Below are positions 37,791-44,762 of a DNA stretch of 64,000 bases, in pieces (positions within the stretch are counted from its first letter, which is position 1; every line of letters starts with the position of its first letter). Made by a program: the position numbers and the translations under genes. This DNA comes from a virus (taxonomy: Duplodnaviria > Caudoviricetes), in the IMG/VR virus record IMGVR_UViG_2521172628_000001, positions 16,261 through 80,260 of that record; one strand, written 5' to 3'. The notes below the pieces were generated by a model that worked only from the letters and a program-made list of their open reading frames with translations, searched no databases and had not been told where the DNA came from.

Positions 37791-38200
37791 CGACCGAGAC
37801 GACCACCGAGAAGCCGGGCATCTCCGCCGCGATCATCGTCAGCTCTGGGCGCGTCCTGATGGTGCGGCGCCGCGTCTCCGAGGGCGAGCTGATGTGGCAG
37901 TTCCCGGCCGGCGCTATCGAGGCCGGCGAGTCCGCGGAAGAAGCTGCCACCCGGGAGACGGAGGAGGAGACCGGCCTGACCGTGAAGGCGATCCGCCTCC
38001 TCGGGGAGCGGGTCCACCCGAAGACACAGCGGCTGATGTCGTACACGGCCTGCGAGCCCGTCTCCGGCGAAGCGCACGTGGCCGACGATGACGAGCTCGA
38101 CGCGGTCGCCTGGGTGAGCCTCGACGAGATCCCCGAATACGTGCCCTACGGCCTGTTCGGCCCGGTGCAGGAGTACCTGGATGAGGTGCTGGCGGGCTGA
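37787..38200 (+). CDS. Nudix hydrolase
   Basis: Canonical box GAIEAGESAEEAATRETEEETG. Confidence 0.9.
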   Translation: MTTETTTEKPGISAAIIVSSGRVLMVRRRVSEGELMWQFPAGAIEAGESAEEAATRETEEETGLTVKAIRLLGERVHPKTQRLMSYTACEPVSGEAHVADDDELDAVAWVSLDEIPEYVPYGLFGPVQEYLDEVLAG

Positions 38201-38477
38201 GTTCCGGCCACTCTCAACGCGCGGTCGATATGTCCGCGGCGAGGGGAGGGAGGCGCGACAGATCCTATCGGATCAGGCAAACCCGCAATCAGCCCAGCTA
38301 GACGCCCAGATCGGCAACGGTCTGGATCTGAAGCCGGCCGTGTAGGCGGAGGCCGAAAGTGGCCTAGCGTCAGCGGCGGAAAAGCGAGCGGCCCGGTGCG
38401 CGAACACCGGGCCGTTTCGACCAGCGAGCGTCAACTCGCTGATCATCAACCACTCCCCGCAAGAGAAGAGGTTCCCT

Positions 38478-38789
38478 GTGAGCTTACTGGCTGACACCCC
38501 CACCGCGCCTGCGGCTTGCGTCACGCCCGACCTGACCGCCGAATGGCTGATGGCCGCTCCGCTTGAGGTGCTGCTCGTCGACCTGGGCGTCGAGCTGTTC
38601 GACTCGAAGATCACGGACCGGACGTTCTTCGGCGCGGTCGTGCAGTACGCGGACGGCCGGCTCTCCCTGTCGATGCCTGTCGGGCGCAGCGAGTTCGAGC
38701 ACGACACGGTGGCCCGCTACCTGCTCGCGCAGGCTTTCGGCGTTGGCCTGCCGCCCCTGCCGGAGCCGTTCGAGACGACGGAGTTCTAG
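38478..38789 (+). CDS. Hypothetical protein with TTA at codon 3
   Basis: GAAGAGG RBS; GTG AGC TTA. Confidence 0.7.
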   Translation: MSLLADTPTAPAACVTPDLTAEWLMAAPLEVLLVDLGVELFDSKITDRTFFGAVVQYADGRLSLSMPVGRSEFEHDTVARYLLAQAFGVGLPPLPEPFETTEF

Positions 38790-38856
38790 CCGCCAACACC
38801 TGGGCGGAATAGGCCATTCGGCCACAGAATTCACATAGAATTGCAGGAAAACGGCG

Positions 38857-38890
38857 ACGGCCGGACGGGGCTCAATCCGTCCGGCCGTTT
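38857..38890 (+). terminator. Rho-independent terminator
   Basis: 12-bp stem ACGGCCGGACGG followed by short T tract. Confidence 0.65.
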
Positions 38891-39008
38891 CGCGTAGAGC
38901 GGGTCATCACCCCGCTGCCATCACCTGCCGTCCGACCCTCGCCAGAAAGTCGAGCAACACCATGACGATACCGATGACGCCGCAATGTCGCCACCAGGCG
39001 GTGGCGAG

Positions 39009-39362
39009 TTGAGGATCTTCCGATCCAAGCCGAAGAGCGGCTGGACGCCCACCAGCAACGAGCACGTCGCCCGGAACTACGTCCTGAGCCTGAAGGCGAA
39101 GGGCCTGCTGGTCACCTTCCTGTCGCAGCCGGACGGCGGCGGAATGACGGTCGAACGGCTCGCCTATCTCCACAAGGCTGCTGGCGGCAAGGGTGAGGGC
39201 GAGCACGCGATCCGCGAGGCCCTGAAGGAGCTGCGATCCGCCGGCTTGGTGACGCACGTGAAGGAGAAGGGCAAGGGCGGTCGGTGGCAGACGACGACCC
39301 TCGTGAGCGACACACCGGAGGGCCTGTTGCGCCTCCTCAAAGAGGTCTCACCGGACCCCTGA
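39009..39362 (+). CDS. wHTH replication-initiator-like N-terminal domain (possibly truncated)
   Basis: WTPTSNEHVARNYVLSLKAKGLL..AIREALKELRSAGLV..GRW..VSD. Confidence 0.65.
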   Translation: MRIFRSKPKSGWTPTSNEHVARNYVLSLKAKGLLVTFLSQPDGGGMTVERLAYLHKAAGGKGEGEHAIREALKELRSAGLVTHVKEKGKGGRWQTTTLVSDTPEGLLRLLKEVSPDP

Positions 39363-39560
39363 TTTTCCGGGGTCCGGAGGCTCCGGATGCCGGACTGTCC
39401 GGAGTCCCGTGGCTGGGGGGTCAACTACCTAAGACGTCTACAGGAAGAAGGCTGGACTGGAATATCCGCTCCTCGAAGAGGAGAAGCCTGCCTCTCTTCC
39501 CGCCGCTGTTCGCGCAGGCGCGCGCGACCTGGCCTGGGGTCGCCGTGTACGGTGCCCGCC

Positions 39561-39725
39561 ATGAGCACTCCGCCCACCCCGGCCCCGACCGCCCCGCGTA
39601 CCCCGTTGCCCCGTCTGGCGGCTCGCTCGTCGGCGGGTTCGCCGCTGCTGGCCCGGGTCGTGCGCCGGGGGCCGGAGGAGGGTCCGAGGCCGGTGGCGGT
39701 GGCCGCGTTCCAGTCGGCCGTGTGA
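39561..39725 (+). CDS. FxSxx-COOH type RiPP precursor-like peptide (54 aa)
   Basis: Ends VAVAAFQSAV-stop; RTPLPRLA..LLARVV leader; TACGGT 7 nt before ATG. Confidence 0.75.
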   Translation: MSTPPTPAPTAPRTPLPRLAARSSAGSPLLARVVRRGPEEGPRPVAVAAFQSAV

Positions 39726-39733
39726 ACGCAGCA

Positions 39734-39768
39734 GAAGGCCCCGCGCCCGGGATGGGTGCGGGGCCTTC
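39734..39768. terminator. Bidirectional terminator
   Basis: GAAGGCCCCGCGCCC / GGGTGCGGGGCCTTC. Confidence 0.7.
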
Positions 39769-39783
39769 GTCGTGCGCCGGTGC

Positions 39784-40143
39784 TCACTTCTCGCCCGCCC
39801 GGTCGATGTCCCAGTTGCGGTCGTTGGCGGCCAGTTCGGCGACACTGGGGTGGTCGGCGTGTGCCGCGTTGATCTGGTCGCGGATGGCTTCGTATCCGGT
39901 GAGCCGGTCGCGCCAGTTGGTGGGCTCGGGTCCGGATTTGCCGAAGTGGGCGCGGAGTTCGGCAACCAGGACGTCGTCGCCGGGGTTGTCGTGGTCGTGG
40001 CCGAGGGCTTCGCAGAGGATGTCGCGGAAGCGGTCGGCGGCTCCGGCTGCGGTGCGTCGGGCGGCATGCTGGTCTTCGAGCTCGGCGTGCAACTGGTCGA
40101 GGTCGTCGCTGGTCATCTGGTCGAGGGTTTTGCGGTCGGTCAC
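39784..40143 (-). CDS. Hypothetical protein
   Basis: RKTLDQMTSDDLDQLHAELE; GAGGA RBS. Confidence 0.7.
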   Translation of the reverse strand: MTDRKTLDQMTSDDLDQLHAELEDQHAARRTAAGAADRFRDILCEALGHDHDNPGDDVLVAELRAHFGKSGPEPTNWRDRLTGYEAIRDQINAAHADHPSVAELAANDRNWDIDRAGEK

Positions 40144-40289
40144 AGGTAGTCCTCGCTCGGCTTGATCGTTGTCACGTCGCGCACGACCAGCGTTTCCCCG
40201 CACATTTCCTGCCGGCCTTGCTCGCAGAGTCGGTCGAGGGCGGCCGGGTTGGTGCGCCAGTTCGGCTCGGCGTCGGGTGGGGCAGTCAC
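40140..40289 (-). CDS. Small hypothetical protein
   Basis: GTGA coupling at both ends. Confidence 0.55.
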   Translation of the reverse strand: MTAPPDAEPNWRTNPAALDRLCEQGRQEMCGETLVVRDVTTIKPSEDYL

Positions 40290-40606
40290 GGCTGGCTCCG
40301 GTTGATTTCGCGGGCGATCGCGAGGGCCGCAGCAGCGTCTTCGGGCATGGGGGCGTCTTCGCGGAGTTCGATGGGCGTCCAGCTGCGGAGCCATTTCGCG
40401 AGGTGGCGGGCGGTGGTGGGGTTGAGGAGTCCGGCGAGTTGTCCGGCCGGGGTGCCGACGGCGTTTTCGATTCCGTGGCCGAACCAGTGGTGCTTCGGAG
40501 CGATTCGGGAGTGCCAGTACGGGTTGGTGTTGATGTCGCGGTCGGCGTCGTCGGCGAGGTCGAGGAGGGTTTGCGCGGCGGTGGCAAGTTCCTGGGCGGG
40601 GGTCAT
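40286..40606 (-). CDS. Hypothetical protein
   Basis: MTPAQELATAA...ALAIAREI; AAGGAG RBS. Confidence 0.7.
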   Translation of the reverse strand: MTPAQELATAAQTLLDLADDADRDINTNPYWHSRIAPKHHWFGHGIENAVGTPAGQLAGLLNPTTARHLAKWLRSWTPIELREDAPMPEDAAAALAIAREINRSQP

Positions 40607-40661
40607 GGTGCTCCTTCGGGTCGGCGGTGGGCCGGGCCGGTGAAGGCCCGGCAGGCGGGGG

Positions 40662-41222
40662 TCAGGTGCGGGGGAAGTCGCGGGCTTTGAGCTTGGCCAT
40701 GCGTCCGTCGAGGTGGTGCCAGACGAGGCCCTCGTAGGGGCGGCTCGCGAACCAGGCGCGGAGGCCGTCGTAGTCGCGCGGTGCGGCTTCGCAGTCGATG
40801 CGTTCGGACAGTGGCGCCCAGCCGTGGGGCATGAGGAGGTGCTCGTCGAACTGGTCCGGGTTGCCGTTGATCTTCGGGCCGAGGAGTTCGTAGGTTCCGG
40901 GCACCCGCGCGGCGCTGTTGGCGAGTGCCTCGGCGTGGATCTTCGCGAACGACGACTGCGCCATCGGCTCCCAGCCGAAGAGCTTCCCCGTCGTCTCGTC
41001 GTGGGCAACGACCTTGTAGCCGGGCGGGAGCTCCTTGCGGGGCTTGACCTCGCGGCGAGCCCACCAATGGCCGTTGTCGTCGAGCATCGTGCAGGTGCCG
41101 TCCCACTTGCGGGTGGGTCGGCCTTCTCCGGCGAGGACCCATTCGCAGCCGGGGGTGACGTCGGGGAGGACGTGGGCTCGGTCTTCGGGGTTGCGGATGA
41201 AGAGGGTTGGGATCTTGTTCAT
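40662..41222 (-). CDS. ATP-dependent RNA ligase, DUF5565/RLIG1-like
   Basis: MNKIPTLF, TRKWDGT (motif I), TYELLGPKINGNP, YEGLVW, MAKLKARDF. Confidence 0.75.
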   Translation of the reverse strand: MNKIPTLFIRNPEDRAHVLPDVTPGCEWVLAGEGRPTRKWDGTCTMLDDNGHWWARREVKPRKELPPGYKVVAHDETTGKLFGWEPMAQSSFAKIHAEALANSAARVPGTYELLGPKINGNPDQFDEHLLMPHGWAPLSERIDCEAAPRDYDGLRAWFASRPYEGLVWHHLDGRMAKLKARDFPRT

Positions 41223-41620
41223 GCGGCTTCCTTGGTGTCGGTTCGGGCCCACGACGGGGCTGTGCGGGCGCTGTGCGGCTTGGGGGTGGTGTGGTGGCTG
41301 TCGGGGCCGTCTGGCGGCTGCGGGGCGCTGTGGCGCGGACTGTGAGGGCGGGACGGGCCTGTTGTGCCGGAGCCGGGACGCGGCACCCGAACCGACCGAG
41401 GGCGCAGGAGCCCCTGTGGGGGCCGTTCCGGGCTTCGAGCCTCCCGGTCTGCCTTCCGGCCTCCCGGGAGCCTCCAGCGGCCGTACAGCCACGCGCACGG
41501 CCGTCCCGCGCCCCTCGCGGACCGCCACCATGCGAACGGCGGGAACGGCTCGCCTTGATGCCCGCAGCACAAGGCGGCAACCGCAACCACCAACGCGAGG
41601 TAGGCCAGCAGGGCGGTCAC
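41219..41620 (-). CDS. Hypothetical membrane-anchored protein
   Basis: N-terminal hydrophobic helix; coupled. Confidence 0.5.
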   Translation of the reverse strand: MTALLAYLALVVAVAALCCGHQGEPFPPFAWWRSARGAGRPCAWLYGRWRLPGGRKADREARSPERPPQGLLRPRSVRVPRPGSGTTGPSRPHSPRHSAPQPPDGPDSHHTTPKPHSARTAPSWARTDTKEAA

Positions 41621-41856
41621 GAGTCGTCCTCGCCGAGCAGAGACGCGATCTCCCGCATCCCGGCCAGCCGCCGCTCCGTGAGGGCAAGCGCCGCAGCGTC
41701 CTGCGCGATCCGGTGGGCGCTGCCGTGGCGGCCGACCGCAAGGTCGTCGGCGTACTGCCGGGCGGCAGAGGCAAGTCGCTCGGCGTCGCGCTTGAGTTCG
41801 TCAATGGTGAGCTGGAGTTGGCGGGCGACGAAGCGGCGGGTGAGGTCGTCGGCCAC
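41617..41856 (-). CDS. Hypothetical protein
   Basis: AAGGAGG RBS. Confidence 0.65.
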   Translation of the reverse strand: MADDLTRRFVARQLQLTIDELKRDAERLASAARQYADDLAVGRHGSAHRIAQDAAALALTERRLAGMREIASLLGEDDS

Positions 41857-41858
41857 GG

Positions 41859-42917
41859 TCAGGCCTCCTTCGGGTGCGGCACCCCACCAGCAGGCGGGGC
41901 GGCGGGTACGCCAGGGCACCTCCCGTGCACGGCGACCCCCTTGCGGAGGCCGGAGTGGAGGTGCGCTGGGTGGGGGTCGTGGCGGACGCACGGAACCGTC
42001 TCGGTGGTGTTGGGGATGTCGGCGGCCACACGACGCAGCTCGGGCCAGCGGAGCGCCACGGCAGCGATGCGGCGAGGGTCATCGGCCAGGAGGCCGCTGC
42101 GCTCATCCTCGGCGCAGTTGTCCCACAGCCACTGGGACAGCCGGGCAACCTCGTCCTCGGCGGTTTCGTCTGCTCGGTCGACGCTCGCGGGCAGCACAGC
42201 GGCGATCGCGGCCGCCTGGATCTGGTAGTCGTGCGGCTCCAGGCTGTCGAAGTCGAAGCCGTCGATCTGGGCCAGAACGCGCCGGATGCGGTCGCGCAGC
42301 GCGATCTCCTCCTGCGCGTCGGCCAGCAGTTGCCGTCCGCAGCGTGCGCCCTTCAGCCACTCCCGTACATCGGCCGTCGTCGGCTGACGGCCTTCCCGGT
42401 CGGCGATCACGCAGCATTCCTCGACGAACGCGAGCGCGTCCTGGGCGCGGTACAGCTCAGTGCCGAGTTCGTCGGCGAGGTCGCGGGCCTCCTGCGCGGT
42501 CAACTCGGCGGCAGTCGGGTCTCCCTCGGCGGCCCGGTCGGCCGGCGCGGGCAGCACCGCAAGCACCGCGTCGGCGGTCGCCGCGTAGGCGGGCACGAGG
42601 CCGGTCTCGTGCAGTGGCACGAGGTGACCCGGGTGGTCGGAGGCGTACAGAGCCTCGGCGATGCGGTCGCGGAGGGCGGCCCGGTCCGCAGGCGGCGCCA
42701 CAGCCGGGACGGTGCGCGCCCAGTGATCCGGCGAGATCAGTTCGGCGGCGAAGTCCATCACCTTCGTTGCCTGCGTCGCACCACGCGTGTGGTCGCGGTG
42801 AGCGCGGATCTTCCCAGCGAGTTCCTGGGCGAACAGGGCGAGAGCGCCGTCGATGACGTCCTCGGGAACGTTGTGCCGCCACAGCAAGTCGCGGGCGGTG
42901 TCGGGCTGGTCGGTCAT
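41859..42917 (-). CDS. Hypothetical mosaic phage protein
   Basis: Repeated ALRDRI..A.AVLPA..DRA modules; AAAGGA RBS. Confidence 0.7.
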   Translation of the reverse strand: MTDQPDTARDLLWRHNVPEDVIDGALALFAQELAGKIRAHRDHTRGATQATKVMDFAAELISPDHWARTVPAVAPPADRAALRDRIAEALYASDHPGHLVPLHETGLVPAYAATADAVLAVLPAPADRAAEGDPTAAELTAQEARDLADELGTELYRAQDALAFVEECCVIADREGRQPTTADVREWLKGARCGRQLLADAQEEIALRDRIRRVLAQIDGFDFDSLEPHDYQIQAAAIAAVLPASVDRADETAEDEVARLSQWLWDNCAEDERSGLLADDPRRIAAVALRWPELRRVAADIPNTTETVPCVRHDPHPAHLHSGLRKGVAVHGRCPGVPAAPPAGGVPHPKEA

Positions 42918-42937
42918 CGGGGTGTCCTTTCGGCGCG

Positions 42938-43165
42938 TCAGGCGGGGGTGTTGTCGCGGGGCGGTTCGAGTCCGAGCTGGACGGCGGCTAGGGCGACGGC
43001 TTCTCGGATGGATAGCCCGTCTTCGGAGGCGGCCCGGAGGGCGAGCGCGCGGGTGTGGAGGTCGTCGGCGAGGGCGAGTTGCTCGGGGGTGAGGGCGCCG
43101 CGTCCGGTGCGCCGGTGGGGCCTCTCGGGGCGGGTTGGCGGCCAGGGGTCTTCGGTGTTGGGCAT
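42938..43165 (-). CDS. Hypothetical protein
   Basis: 75 aa, GAGG RBS. Confidence 0.55.
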   Translation of the reverse strand: MPNTEDPWPPTRPERPHRRTGRGALTPEQLALADDLHTRALALRAASEDGLSIREAVALAAVQLGLEPPRDNTPA

Positions 43166-43278
43166 TTAGGCCTCAATTCGGTGAGCGGTGGGGCCGTAGG
43201 CGGCCGTTCGGGGGTAGTTGAGGGTGACGGCCCGGAGAGGGGGGTTAAACGCCTCAGGGAGTTAACTGGCGGGTAACT

Positions 43279-43569
43279 TCAAGCGGCGGCTCCCTCGGTG
43301 CCTGCCGCCAGCTCCGCCTCCAGCCGCCGGATCTCCCCGTCGGCCGCCTCCCGATGCCGCTCCAAAGCCCGCGTCGTATCCGTCAACCGCTGCCGGGTCT
43401 TCGCATCCAGCCGGCGCTCCTCCCGCCAGCACTCCGCCAGCAGCAGGCCCTCCGGGATCGACAGCGTCCCGGCCGCCGCCTTCAGCAGCAGGGCCTCCAC
43501 CGCGGCCTCACGCTGCTGGCGTGCCCGCTGGTTCGGCTTCAACGCGTGGCCGTTCGGGCGCCGCCTCAC
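43279..43569 (-). CDS. Hypothetical protein
   Basis: GTGA coupling. Confidence 0.6.
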   Translation of the reverse strand: MRRRPNGHALKPNQRARQQREAAVEALLLKAAAGTLSIPEGLLLAECWREERRLDAKTRQRLTDTTRALERHREAADGEIRRLEAELAAGTEGAAA

Positions 43570-43757
43570 GACGGCCTCCGGTGATACCCCGGCTCGGTCA
43601 CGATCCGGCCGCGCGCATCCAGCACCCCATCCGCGCGGGCCAGCAGGCGCAGCGCTCGGCGTAGCACGTCGGCCCGGTCCTCACGACGCCGGGCATACGC
43701 GGCCAGGATCGCGGCACTGCCGTCATCCGGCTGCCAGCGCAATGGCGGGCGCGTCAC
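43566..43757 (-). CDS. Hypothetical protein
   Basis: GTGA coupling. Confidence 0.55.
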   Translation of the reverse strand: MTRPPLRWQPDDGSAAILAAYARRREDRADVLRRALRLLARADGVLDARGRIVTEPGYHRRPS

Positions 43758-44065
43758 GACGCGGCCTCCGACGTGGCGTGCTGCTCGCACTCCCAGTTGG
43801 CGCCGATGTTCTCCCGGTAGTACTTCATCGTGATCAGCTCGACAGTGAGCCCCGCCTTCTCGGCCTGCTCCCGGTCGCGCTTCTTCGGGGCGAAGTGCTG
43901 GCGCGCCTGGTCGGCGGTGGCCAGCACCCAGCCGGTGCCGCCCTTGGCTTCGACGACCGCGACGACGACGGAGACGATGCAGCCGCAGGGCTCGCGCTCC
44001 AGCCAGCCGCATTCGTCGAGGGGTACGGGCTTGCCGTCGATCGTGACGGTCGGGTTGATGCTCAT
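43754..44065 (-). CDS. Hypothetical protein (PCGC motif)
   Basis: GGAG RBS. Confidence 0.65.
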   Translation of the reverse strand: MSINPTVTIDGKPVPLDECGWLEREPCGCIVSVVVAVVEAKGGTGWVLATADQARQHFAPKKRDREQAEKAGLTVELITMKYYRENIGANWECEQHATSEAAS

Positions 44066-44174
44066 CGGGTGTTCTCCAGACGGATCGGGATTCAACGTGC
44101 ATTTCGGCGACACCGGTCCCCCGGTACGGTTCCGGCAGCCCCGGGGCGTTAGCGGCGCCCCGGGGTGCGGGCGG

Positions 44175-44732
44175 TCACGGGGCGGGCAGGTAGTGGACCT
44201 GGAGCGCCTGGTCGTCGCCCTCGGCGGCGTGGTTCATGAGCCAGGCGCACTCGGCACCCTCGGGCTCCCACTCGAAGACCACCCACTGCGACTTCAGCTC
44301 TGCCAGCTCGTCACGGATGTCGGCCTCGTCTTCGACGCCCGCCTGCTCCCGCAGGTAGGTGGCCACCGCCGCTTCAGCCTTGTCTCGATCGCCGGTGATC
44401 GCGGCCATGTCGCCTTCGTCGAACTCCAGGACCAGCACGCCGTCGTAGGCGTAGTCCATGGCCGGGTGCTGAAGTCCGGGCTGGAAGCGGCCCATCGGCA
44501 GCTCGGGCACGGGGCCGACCTCGTCGAGGTAGTGCAGGCCCTCGTGGTCGGCGGGGATGTGGATGCTGGAGCGGGTGCCGTCGAGCCGCACCAGGGCGAC
44601 GAGGGTGCCGCTCGGTGCGATCTTGGTTCCGGTGATCACGCCGGGGTGCTCGGCGGGGCGGGCGTTGTAGTACGCGTAGGTGACGCGGCGGCCGACTTCA
44701 GCCTTGGCGATCAGCTCGGTCGTGGTGTTCAT
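44175..44732 (-). CDS. Hypothetical protein
   Basis: AAGGAG RBS, GC3-rich. Confidence 0.7.
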   Translation of the reverse strand: MNTTTELIAKAEVGRRVTYAYYNARPAEHPGVITGTKIAPSGTLVALVRLDGTRSSIHIPADHEGLHYLDEVGPVPELPMGRFQPGLQHPAMDYAYDGVLVLEFDEGDMAAITGDRDKAEAAVATYLREQAGVEDEADIRDELAELKSQWVVFEWEPEGAECAWLMNHAAEGDDQALQVHYLPAP

Positions 44733-44762
44733 CGGGTGCTCCTTGGGTTGGGGTTGGGCGGA

